Source: Octopus sinensis
Lineage: Eukaryota
NCBI RefSeq assembly: GCF_006345805.1
Contig: NC_042999.1
Location: forward strand, 150,536,001 to 150,600,000
Direction: 5' to 3'
Length of the DNA stretch: 64,000 bases
Shown: positions 1 through 10,780 of the stretch, in pieces
Layout of the letters: each line of letters opens with the position of its first letter
How positions within the stretch are numbered: position 1 is the stretch's first letter
Position numbers and translations under genes: made by a program
Notes under the pieces: generated by a model
What the model saw: only the letters and a program-made list of their open reading frames with translations
What the model was told of the DNA's origin: nothing
Databases searched by the model: none

Positions 1-800
1 TCATCATCATGGGTTGGACGGTTCGACCGGCGATCTGGGAAGCCAGAAGGCTGCACCAGGCTCCAGTCTTATCTGGCAGTGTTTCTACAGCTGGATGCCC
101 TTCCTAACGCCAACCACTCCGTGAGTGTAGTGGGTGCTTTTTACGTGCCACCTGCACAGGTGCCAGGCGAGGCTGGCAACGGCCACGGTCGGATTGGTGT
201 ATTTTATGTGCCAACGGCACGGAAGCCAGACGAGGCGGTGCTGGCATTGGCCACGAGTCGGATGGTGCTTTTTATGTACCACCAGACCAGGGAACCTGGC
301 TGGTTCGATTCGATTTCGCTTGCCCCAACATGTCTTCGCAAGCAAGGGGGTTGGCATGGGTGCCTGTCGTACGGTCAGATTGGTGTATTTTACGTGCCAC
401 CGGCACAGAAGCCAGTGGAGGCGGTGCTGGCATCGGCCACGAGTCGGATAGTGCTTTTTGGTTTGATTCGATTTCGCTTGCCCCAACATGTCTTCGCAAG
501 CAAGGGGGTTGGCATGGGTGCCTGTCGTACGGTCAGATTGGTGTATTTTACGTGCCACTGGCACAGAAGCCAGTGGAGGCGGCGCTGGCATCGGCCACGA
601 GTCGGATAGTGCTTTTTACGTACCACCAGACCAGGGATCCTGGCTGGTTCAATTCGATTTTGACTTCGATTTCGATTTCGCTTGCCCCAACATGTCTTCG
701 CAAGCATGGGTGCCTGTCGTCGGATGAGGTTCTATATCGACTTCGCTTGCCTCAACAGGTCTTTGTGTCCAAGGGAGGAAAGGCATTCATAAGTGGGCTG
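1..800 (-). mobile_element. RTE-3'UTR-type repeat with an internal ~160 bp tandem duplication
   Basis: (ATC)n tail, CTACAGCTGGATGCCCTTCCTAACGCCAACCACTC core, repeated GGTGCTTTTTACGTGCCACC units; 304-459 recurs at 463-617. Confidence 0.8.
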
Positions 801-921
801 GGATATATATATATATATCATCATCATCATCATCATCATCATCGTTTATGATGATGATATATATATAGCATAAAGGTTTCAGATCTTGTTAACACATGGT
901 TGTAGATATTTAAGAAATAAT

Positions 922-1219
922 AATATGTAAAACCGCACAGGAAGTTTGTGTAATAAAATGTATGCTAATATTAAGATCATAATGAAAGAGTTGTATTATA
1001 ACATTAGATAATAAACTGGTAGTACTGGTTTCACGTCTTATGCTAATCAAACCTCTAAGGTCTTAGAATGACTGAAATCTAAGTCCTTGGATGTTTGATA
1101 AGCATAAGATGCGAAACCGGTACTACCAGTTTATTATATAATGCAACTCTTTGTTTCATTATGATTTTAATATTAGCATAAATTTTATTATACAAACCTC
1201 CTGTACATTTTTATATATT
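922..1219. mobile_element. Fold-back (~140 bp arms) Penelope-like pLTR remnant with U3-A8 hammerhead-like core at 1095-1122
   Basis: Arms are imperfect reverse complements around ~1070; TTGATAA-GCAT-AAG-ATGC-GAAA-CCGGTA. Confidence 0.6.
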
Positions 1220-1229
1220 TTTCTTTCAG

Positions 1230-2075
1230 AGGAGCTTCAGACCTTGGACATAGAAGTAGCTGGAAATTCCTACGGGACAGCTTACTGAGTGCCACAGACC
1301 AAGTCTGTGAATGGTGCAAAGTCCTTTCCAGACCTAGAGTAACATGGTGGTGGAATAATACGATAGACAAAGCCGTTAGATCAAAGAAACAGGCCTGAAA
1401 AGCCTGGAAGAGTGGCAGTACCAGGGAACTGTACCAGATAGCCAGAAGGGAGGCTGGGTGACAGGTATACATAGCCTAGGGAGAAGCAGAAAAGAAGAAG
1501 TTTGCAAATGTCCAGCGAAGTGAGGACAAAAGAACTGAAGTATTTCGGATTGCAAGACAGTGTGTGAGAGAAAATTGTGATGTCACAGGAGAGAAATGTG
1601 TCCGCATGGATGATGGTGCACTTGCTTTTAATGATTTGGAAAAGAAAGAGGCTTGGAGAAGCCATTGTGAAAGACTGCTGAACATGGAGAATGAATGGGA
1701 GGAGGAGAGCCTGCCAAATGTTGACCCAGTAGAGGGACCAGCTATCCAAATAGAAAGCACTCTGGTAGATAAAGCAATTAGGGTTATGAAGCCAGGAAAA
1801 GCCCCTGGCCCATCAGGAATCACTGCTGAGATGCTTAAAACATCTGGTGGTGTGGGCTATGGCTTAGTCAACCATAGTCAACCAGGTAGTTCATGATGGA
1901 GTCATACTCAATGACTGGCATAGTAGCACCATAGTCAACTGCTACAAGGGTAATGGTGATGCTTTAGATAGAAATAACTATAGGGGTATCAAACTGCTAG
2001 ATCAGGTGATGAAAGTCATGGAGAGGGTCATAGCCCAACTAATTAGGGAGAGAATCTGCTTAGGTGAGATTCAGT
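1230..2075 (+). mobile_element. RTE-clade LINE fragment (pre-RT and start of RT), disrupted
   Basis: TWWWN, KAIRVMKPGKAPGPSGITAEMLK, GDALDRNNYRGIKLLDQVMKV. Confidence 0.9.
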
Positions 2076-2089
2076 TGTGGTCCTCATGG

Positions 2090-3249
2090 ATCATTTCAAC
2101 TTTTCTTATTAATAACTGCATTCTCTCTTTCTAAGTAAACTGATTTCTGACTGTTCAAAGAAGACATCAGAACTAACAACTTGCAACTACTCTTAGAAAT
2201 GTACAAAATTTTCATTATGGTATTATGAAGTATCTGCAGATAAAAGGGTTTAGCTTCCAACAACATTCATGCTGACATGATTGCTAGATTAAGGGATGAT
2301 GCTCCAGTTTTATCAACAGTGCAAAAGTTGGCAGCTGAATTTAGGAGAGTCTTTAAGATGACCCAAAGTCTAGATGTCCTGCAACTGCACCCACTGAAGA
2401 AAGCATCGATTGTGCTCACCACATGCTGATGGATGATGGGTGATTTATTATAAGTGAAATAGCCAATACTATCAGCATATCCCATGAGAGAGTTGAGAAT
2501 ATTCTACACAATGAACTTGGCATGACAAAAGTTTCCGCTCAGCCAGTGCCACATCTGATGCTAGATCGAAAGGCTGACCACATCATAAGAAAATCTGAGG
2601 CAGATTCAGCTGATTTCTTTGAACATTTCCTAACCCAGGATGTGTGTTGGATTGATCACTTCAAGTCAGAGACAAAAAGATAATCCATGCAGTGGAAACA
2701 CCCCTCCTCACCTGCTCTAAAGAAGGTCAAGATCATTTCATCTGCAGGGAAGGTGATGGCCTCAGTTTTTTGGATTTGAAAAGGAATTATGTTTATTCAA
2801 AAGGGCCACATCATTAATAGAGTACTATACCAAGTTGGTGAGGCAATTACGAAAGAGTGTCAAGATCAAATGCCCAGGGAAACTGGTGAAATCTCCATCA
2901 AACAAGCCCTTTTTTTCAGTGACTGTTGTGCATGTCTGGCTTTGAAGTAGTTAATCCCCACCCCCTATTCTCCAGATTTGGCCCATCTGACTATCGTCTG
3001 TTCCCCGACATGAAAAAACACTTGAATGTGAACCAGTATTGCAGTGATGTTGATGTCATATTTGCTGTTGATGACTTTTTTTGGACCAAAAGGATGAAAG
3101 CTTCTTCACCAATGGGATCCAATCACTGCAACACCGATGGAAGAAGTGTGTGGACTGCAAGGAGGACTATGTTGAGAAATAGATATCATTTGGTCATGTT
3201 CCATGAGAGTACATTGGTTGGCTTATGAACTTTTCATCCGACCCTCATA
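2090..3249 (+). mobile_element. Degenerate mariner (DD34D) transposon
   Basis: Frameshifted remnants: ILHNELGMTKVSA, ETK..SMQWKHPSSP, GKVMASVFW, YSPDL/PSDYRLFPDMKKHL. Confidence 0.85.
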
Positions 3250-4059
3250 TGTTGTATGTGTGTGTGTGTGTATAAATAACTTGAAATCATAGAATATAGA
3301 ATATACTACGTGTGTCAGTTATTAGCTAACCCTAACTGCAGCCTTCAGAAATTTCATGCTTTCTAAAATTTTCCAACACTACTCCTGACTATTTAACCTT
3401 TTCTCCTTATGGTTCTTTTACTGTTCCCTTTTCTTCTTTTCATTACTTATTGATGCTTTCTGTCTCTTCTTTTAACCTTTTCCAATGAATTGTAGTGTGC
3501 CTGAGCATTGTCTATACTAAGCTCATCATACATGAATAGCAAAATCACAACATTTGTTTCTGCACTGGACAACAGCTTTAAGTTGATGACTTTACACTTA
3601 CATATTATATAAGATTATTCTTTAGAATTACAAAATAATTAAATATTTTTCAACAACATCTGTGTGTGGAATGAATGCTTGATCACATTTAGTATAATCC
3701 TGGTAACAACCAAGTATTAGTGAGGCTGCATTGTGCTCTACAAGGCTTAAGACTCTTCAATACCCTCTATGCTATCTTTATTCACATTGTTCTCTGCTAA
3801 TATTTTCTAAATGAGAGACAGGAAATGAATTAAAGGAGAGCTAAGAGCATAAAGCTAAAGTTTTGTTCTTGATTACAATTCCTCATCCGTCATCTTTAAT
3901 CTATATTGGAGTCAATAAAATAAGGACTAGTAACATACTGGGATCAGTTCAATCAACTGTACTCTCTCCCTTGGCAAATGTTAACTAGTGCATTGTCAAA
4001 ATTAATGTTGTCCATTGTGGGTAGCCAGCAGAGTAAATCCTTGGAATTAAGAGGATAAT

Positions 4060-4360
4060 TTTTTTTTCCCGCTTAGAGTTGCGGAAACATTTTTTCATGC
4101 TAAGAGTTGCTGAAGCATGGAACAAACTGCCAGCATCAGTTGTTAGTTGTTGGAGCATTGCATCCTTCAAAACTTCCATGCTTCCTGAGATTCGTCAACA
4201 CTACACCTGATTTTCTGCCCTCCATTCACACGCAAGCATGTATCTGACTCATACACTGTTTGCTTTCCAGACATTTGTACATTACTGCATATGCTTTATA
4301 CGCACTTTTGACAAGTTGTGGTGCACCTGAGCACTGTATACAATAATTTCATTATTATTA
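4060..4360 (+). mobile_element. CR1-like LINE 3' end
   Basis: FFMLRVAEAWNKLPASVV...FK C-terminal motif, ending AATAATTTC(ATT)n; the end recurs in reverse at ~12075-12115. Confidence 0.7.
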
Positions 4361-4967
4361 TTTAATCATATTTAATTTATCCCTCTCAGTTGTCACTTCA
4401 AATCTTATCAGAGTCAACTTTACTTTTCATCCCCCTCAGGTTGATCAGTTATATACGGAAATTGTGCCCCAAATATTATTTAAGCTGTAAATCAACTTTT
4501 ATGTCTTTCACAATGTAATGTGAGAAAAATGGTATTTCTTGTCTGATATATTGTATATGCTCTAGTGTTGCGTCGTTTCACTGGTGAAAGCAGGTTTGAT
4601 TCCGGAACTGGGTGACATGTGCAATTCCTTCAGCTCAACACTTCATTTCATACTGCCTTAGTTTATTCAGCTGAAAGTGTGTACCATAGAGTGTTGGTGC
4701 TGCCCTCTTTCTCATCAGCTGTCGCATAAATGTTCCAAGAGGATGTTTATGTATGCTTGTAAATACAGACACAGCATCTGGCAAAGGCATGATTCCTACT
4801 AATAGGTCAAAGTTGCTTGTGAATGAAGGCAATGTATTTATCTTGTATCATTTAATAACAAGCCATTTTCCTATCAATCTATCTGATAGCTGTGTAGCAT
4901 AGAGGAAAGTATATAATGTTCAGTGTAAAGCATAGGAAGAAAGTTCAAACTCAGTTAATTTTAAGTA

Positions 4968-5099
4968 TAAGGTTGTCCTAAAAGTTCGTAGAAAGTCTTG
5001 GAAAATAATGGTCTTTATTTTGAGGAATAATTTTTGTTAGTACTTGGCGAGTAAAAATTCAATTTTCGCAAGTGTTTACAAACTTTTGGGACAACCTAA
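4968..5099. mobile_element. 132 bp mariner-type MITE
   Basis: TIR TAAGGTTGTCCTAAAAGTT / AACTTTTGGGACAACCTAA with TA flanks. Confidence 0.75.
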
Positions 5100-5685
5100 T
5101 ATTATCGTAATTATATATATGTAAAGATTTTTATTTGTTTAAATTTATATATATCGTCACATCAGCATTACTATGGGTATGCAGGAAAAACTTTAAACTA
5201 GAAAACCCTACTGAAGGCTGTTACAACATACCATTAAGTTTCATTTAAAGTGGGGGTAAATTGTGATTTCAAACAAAGATGCTGTGAGTAAATGGAGAGT
5301 TTAAGTTTCACCTGCAAACTGGACTATTACTTGCTTCTGTTAGTGTGTTTACTTCCCCATAGCTTAGTGATTCAGCAAAAATAATCAATAAAATAAGTTA
5401 CGTGGTTTAAGGAAAAAAAAAAGAAGTACTGGGTCTATTCATTTGACTACAAATCCCTCAAGGTGGTGCACCAGCATGGCCGCGCCTTATAACTGAAATA
5501 AGTAAAAAGAATAAATAATTTAAAATGTACAGCTTCCTTCTAAGCTAATGCCAGGAATAGGTAACTCAGTTGATCGGTGGACTGAGTTACCTGCTCATGT
5601 TTGACTGAATCCTCATCAAAGAAACTAACGGGGGCGGGGGGGGTCCATTTTTCATTACACACGCTGTAATATACAGCCTACATAA

Positions 5686-6275
5686 GGCGATGAGCTGGGA
5701 GAAACGTTAGCACGCCGGGCGAAATGTTTAGCCGTATTTCGTCCGCCATTCGGTTCTCAGTTCAAATTCCGCCGGGGTCGACTTTGCCTTTCGTTCTTTC
5801 GGGGTCGATAAATAAAGTACCAGTTACGCAAAGTGGTCGACTTAATCCGTTTGTCTGTCCTTGTTGGTCCCCTCTGTGTTTAGCCCCTTGTGAGTAGTAA
5901 AGAAATAGGTATTTCGTCTGCCGTTACGTTCTGAGTTCAAATTCCGCCGAGGTCGACTTTTCCTTTCATCCTTTCGGGGTCGATTAAATAAGTACCAGTT
6001 ACGCAAAGGGGTCGATGTAATCGACTTAATCCGTTTGTCTGTCCTTGTTGGTCCCCTCTGTGTTTAGCCCCTTGTGGGTAGTAAAGAAATAGGTATTTCG
6101 TCTGTCTTTACATTCTGAGTTCAAATTCCGCCAAGGTCGGCTTTGCCTTTCATCCTTTCGGGGTCGATTAAATAAGTACCAGTTACACACTAGAGTCGAT
6201 GTAATCGACTTAATCCCTTTGTCAGTCCTTGATTGTCCCCTCTATGTGTAGCCCTCTGTGGGCAATAAAGAAATA
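5686..6275 (+). mobile_element. tRNA-derived SINE family A, internally triplicated
   Basis: GAGCTGG.AGAAACGTTAGC head, GAGTTCAAATTCC B-box, GCCTTTCATCCTTTCGGGGTCGAT core repeated three times. Other copies at ~16195, 16655, 20161, 20395, 22100(-), 29168, 29426, 43348, 57540-58870(-). Confidence 0.85.
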
Positions 6276-6328
6276 AATATACTGCTTATATTAAAGCAGT
6301 GAGCTGGTAGAATCGTTAGCACGCTGGG

Positions 6329-6836
6329 CAGCGAAATTTTTTCCCTCGAGTGTTCCGGACCACAGTAATGAACTCATTTGCATACCGCCAATCAGAGCTC
6401 ACCTTGACCTTGTTGTCAAATTAACTAACACACTCTATCAAGTAAACTCTTGACGAAGAATGTTTTTGTAAGTCGACCGGTCGCCAAGTTATACCTATTA
6501 TCGGATTTTGCTACGGTTGCATATGGTAAAGATGTGGATGGGGGAAAATGTGGATAGGGAGTGTTGTGCCAGAAACCCTCTCCCCTTACTGTTTCACAAA
6601 GTGAACAACAACACAAATAATTACGCAGAGGCAGCCATGGTAAAAACAAGAACAAGAAGCATTCTTAAAAAAAAAAAAAAAAAAAAAAAACAAGGTCATT
6701 CCTCACTCAAGTGACCTTATCTTATCGCCCAACACTTATGTGCTCGTAAATTAGTTTGATAGTTGAGCACTGATTGGAAGTATGCAAATGAGTTCATAAC
6801 TGGGGTCCGAAACTTTCGTGGGAAAAAATATCGCCG
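6329..6836. mobile_element. ~510 bp MITE with ~75 bp TIRs inserted in a family A SINE head
   Basis: CAGCGAAATTTTTTCCC..GAACTCATTTGCATAC..CCAATCAG vs its reverse complement at 6763-6836; the host SINE resumes at 6837. Confidence 0.8.
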
Positions 6837-7929
6837 CCGGGCATAACGCCTAGTGGCATTTCGTCCGTCTTTAGGCTCTGAGTTCAAATTCTGCCGAGGT
6901 CGATTTTGCCTTTCATCCTTTCAGGGTCGATAAATTAAGCACCAGTTGCGTACTGGAGTCGATCTTATCGACTGGCCCCTTCCCCCAAAATTTCGGGTCT
7001 TGTGCCTAGAGTAGGAAAGTATATACTGCCTACATATACATCCAGTCTTAGTTTTGTAAAAATATAGAAAATTTCAAGTCACCACCATCAACTAAACACA
7101 ATTCATGCGTCTTATAAACCTGACCCTAAAATTACCATTAGACATTGTACAGTAATTAGATTCATTCATAATTATTTCCCTTTTGGACATTGTATAGTAA
7201 TTAGGTTCATTCATAATTATTTCCCTTGTTTTCACTCTCGATGCTTAATTTACACTCCCAGAAAACATAGTTTTCTTAAGTGCCTTGAAACTGTTGTTTA
7301 TCTTATATTTTTTACTTGTTTCAGTTGTTGAACTGTGGACATGCTGGGGCACCGACTTAAAGGGTTTAGTCGAACACATTGACCCCAATACTTATTTTTT
7401 AAAGCTGGTAATTATTCTATTAGTTTCTTTTGCTGAACTGCTAAGTTATGGGGAACTAACACATTCACAAACTCTCACACATATATATAACAGCAGGCTT
7501 CTTTTAGTTTCTGTCTACTAAATCCACTCATACAGCTTTGGTTGGCCCATTCGCCCAATTGAGAACCATGTTGTTGGGGGGTGAAAATTTGTTCTCACAC
7601 AGCCATGCCTTCATAAAATTGAATTGAACAATGTCACTTTGATCAGTTTAGGATATCTACATGTAGATTCAGACAATTTGTTCCTCTTTTCTGCTTCACA
7701 CTGATTCTTCCCACCCACTATGAAATAACGAGCAACCATGAATCTCCTCTACAGCTCTTTCTTTCCGTCATCTAGCACAGTGGTTCACTATCATTTATTG
7801 CTTATGGACCCTGATTTCTTCCTGTTTTACTCAAGGAGTGGGGTAACCTCACAACCATTCAATGTCTAATAATTCCTACACATACACACAAACATATGTA
7901 TACATACACAGCCTATGATAAATGAGTAT

Positions 7930-8270
7930 GGAGATGTAATGGCCCAATGATTAGGGCAGCAGACTTGTGGTCGTGGGATTGCAGTTTTGATTCCCAGACT
8001 GGGAATTGTGATTGTTTATTGAGCAAATCACCTAAAGCTCCATAAGGCTCTGGCAGGGGGTGATGGCGAACCCTGCTGTACTCTTTCACCACAACTTTCT
8101 TTCAATCTTTCTTCCTGTTTCTGTTGTACCCGTATTTTAAAGGGCCAGCCTTGTCACACTCTGTGTCATGCTGAATCTCCCTGAAAACAATGTTAAGAGT
8201 ACACGTGTCTGTGGAGTGCTCTTAATTTCACGAGCAAGCTGTTCTGTTGATCACATCAAAGCTGAGGGAG
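7930..8270 (+). mobile_element. tRNA-derived SINE family C (related copies 25472-25770 +, 56530-56835 +, 57695-58010 -)
   Basis: TGGCCCA.TG.TTAGGGC A-box, GTTTYGATTCCC B-box; CCTTGTCACACTCTGTGTCAYGCTGAATCTCCCTG body shared with the 56.5 and 57.7 kb copies. Confidence 0.75.
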
Positions 8271-8478
8271 TCCCACGATGAGATGAGTAGTTAAGGAGTG
8301 GCCATTAAGTTTACACACACACAAACATGTGTGACACAGATACACAATGTAAACTATTAAGGAGTGGCTCGATATATTCAGACCATTTTCTGCTTCCTGG
8401 TAAACCCATATATTGATACCTCAACACATACAGACAGATATACATACATATATAAATACATGTGTACATACTTGCATA

Positions 8479-8880
8479 GGCGCAGACATAGCGATGTGGT
8501 AAGAAGTTTGCTTTCCAACCACATAGTCCCAGGTTCAGTCCTACTGTGTGGCACCTTGGGCAAGTGTCTTCTTCTGTAACCTCGGGCTGACCAAATCCTT
8601 GTGGATGGATTCGGTAGATGGAAACTGAAGGAAGCCTGTTGTATATATGTATCTGAGTGTGTCTTTGTATTGGGGTTTGTCCCCCTTCGCCACTTGACAA
8701 CCAGTGTTGGTGTGTTTATGTCCCCATAACTTAACAGTTTGGCAAAACAGCCTGATAGAATAAGTAGTAGGCTTAAAAAGAAATTAAGTTCTGTGTGTGT
8801 GTGTGTGTCTTTTTGTCTGTGTTTGTCCTCCACCATTCTTCAAAGTGGTACTCCAGCATGGCCGCAGACTGAAACAAGCA
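8479..8880 (+). mobile_element. tRNA-derived SINE family B (CORE-like ACCTTGGGCAAGTG), many copies
   Basis: TGTGGTAAG..GGTTCAGTCC..ACCTTGGGCAAGTGTCTT..(TA/TG)n..GCATGGCCGCAG. Copies at 7310(-), 9396, 10950, 32340-33095(-), 38960-39305(-), 44118-44525(-), 60555-60925(-) and others. Confidence 0.85.
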
Positions 8881-9551
8881 AAACTTATGATATATATACA
8901 TTATTACATAGACGTATACATACACACATATGCATACATTCACATCTATACATGTATATACACACATGACTTGCGATGATTGTCTTTTTCTTCCGTGATA
9001 GGAATATTTATCGGATGGTCACTAAAACACTATCTGCCACCAGGTCAGGTCCATCATAGGGGCCTATCATTTCCAAGTAGTCCACCAAGGTCCCTTCCAC
9101 CTATGGATTACGGTGGGGTTTGGAAAGTGCTCTCCTTCTTCTCACTGACTCGTTTTATATGTGTGTGTATGTGTCTTTGTTCCCCGCCACCGCTTGACAA
9201 CCAGTGTTAGTGTGTTTACATCCCTGTGTCTAGCAGTTTGGCAAAAGGTTCCTGATAGAATAATTATCAGGCTTTAAAAAAAAAAAAAAAGTACTGGAAT
9301 TGATTCGTTAGACTAAAATTCCTCAAGGTGGTGCCCCAGCATAGCCGCAGTCTAATGACTGGAACTAGGAGAAGATGAAAAATATGTATATATAGGCACA
9401 GGAGTGGCTGTGTGGTAAGTAGCTTGCTTACCACCCACATGGTTCAAGGCTCAGTCCCACTGCATGGCAGCTTGGGCATGTGTCTTTTACTATAGCCTCA
9501 GGCCAACCAAATCCTTGTGAGTGGATTTGATAGACAGAAACTGAAAGAAGC

Positions 9552-9599
<48 letters not shown>

Positions 9600-10471
9600 A
9601 TATATATTTATGTATAATGTTCCTTTCAAACATTGAGGCAATGACTGAAACCATTGGCATATGTCGTGCTTCAGAAGACCCATCAAGCTGAGCAAAATCG
9701 CAGTCGTGGCAGATACTGGTCTAATGCAAATTAGCACCTGTGCTGGTGGCACATAAAAGCACCCCGGTTTCACATAAAATCACACAGTACATTCTCGGAG
9801 TGGTTGGCATTAGGAAGGACATCCAGTCGTAGCAAACCATACCAAATCAGACTTGAGCCTGGTGGTGTGCCAGCCCGGTCAAACCGTCCAACCCATGGAC
9901 AACAGACGTAAAATGATGATGATATATATCACCATCATTTAATGTCCATTTCCCATGCAGGCATGGGTTGACAGGGGCTGGCTATGCAGAAGACTGCACC
10001 AAACTTCACTGTCTGAGTTTGGCAGAGTTTTTACAGCTGGATACTCTTCCTAACACCAACCAGCACACATGGATGTCTCCTTGTCTTGACATTGTATGGC
10101 ATTTGTAAACAAGTATCACTGTCATTCAAGCTGTGTCTACCATTTAGAATATTCTAAATGGAAGACACAGCAATAGGAAGGGTGTCCAACCCACAGAATA
10201 TCTGCCTCAAAAGTTTTGTCAGACCAATGCAAGCATGAAGAATTGGATGATAAAATGATGATGAAGTTAGAGGAATGGTAGCCATAACTGGTGGAGAAAA
10301 AGAAAATCTTTACATATGAAGGCAGTTTCAAAATTGTTTTAATTTCCAATAATATTCTATCAATTTGTAAAATTCTAATATTTGAAACAATGATTATGTA
10401 CAACTCATACAAGAATCATCACTCTGAGAGTAAGACTTTTTAAGTGCGAGTCTAATCATGGTCTATTATAA

Positions 10472-10780
10472 TCAGCTTGTAGATGGTGGTGGTGGTGGCG
10501 GCGGCGGTGTTGGTGGCGGTGATGGTGGTGGTGATGACAGCGATGCTGTTGTTGATGATGGTGATGATGATGCTGATGATGGAGATGGTGGCTGTGTTGA
10601 AGGAGAAGCCTCGCTCTTCAGAACTGAACTGATTAAACTATCTTGAGGTTGAAGGAAGAGACTGGTTTGCTTATCATCTTGCCACAATACTTTCTGGCTA
10701 TGTTGTCTAATAGCGTTATCTACGATACTATCAATCATTTGTTCTGTCAGCACACCATCATCAGAGGCATAGGCTGTGGC
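10472..10780 (-). CDS. ATAD3: ATAD3 exon 15, terminal ([17 protein letters not shown]...[11 protein letters not shown]), 309 nt
   Basis: TTTTTCAG acceptor; AYAS.DGVLTE.M.D motif, then a low-complexity tail to TGA. Confidence 0.92.
   Translation of the reverse strand, partial: ATAYASDDGVLTEQMIDSIVDNAIRQHSQKVLWQDDKQTSLFLQPQDSLISSVLKSEASPSTQPPSPSSASSSPSSTTASLSSPPPSPPPTPPPPPPPPSTS

Noticed and set aside
79-851. Overlapping 100-176 aa ORFs (VGAFYVPPA / CRWHVKSTH repeats), also at 13028, 14858, 34460, 37439
   Set aside because: Translations of the GC-rich RTE 3'UTR repeat on both strands; frames are not conserved between copies.
4560-4832. Possible exon or ncRNA of a neighbouring gene
   Set aside because: No recognisable protein motif, splice pattern or RNA family.
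5686-5780. SINE heads as tRNA genes
   Set aside because: A/B boxes present but no cloverleaf, and each continues into a repeated SINE body.
7140-7230. 45 bp tandem duplication (a longer-period one at 44587/44751)
   Set aside because: Ordinary local duplications with no further structure.
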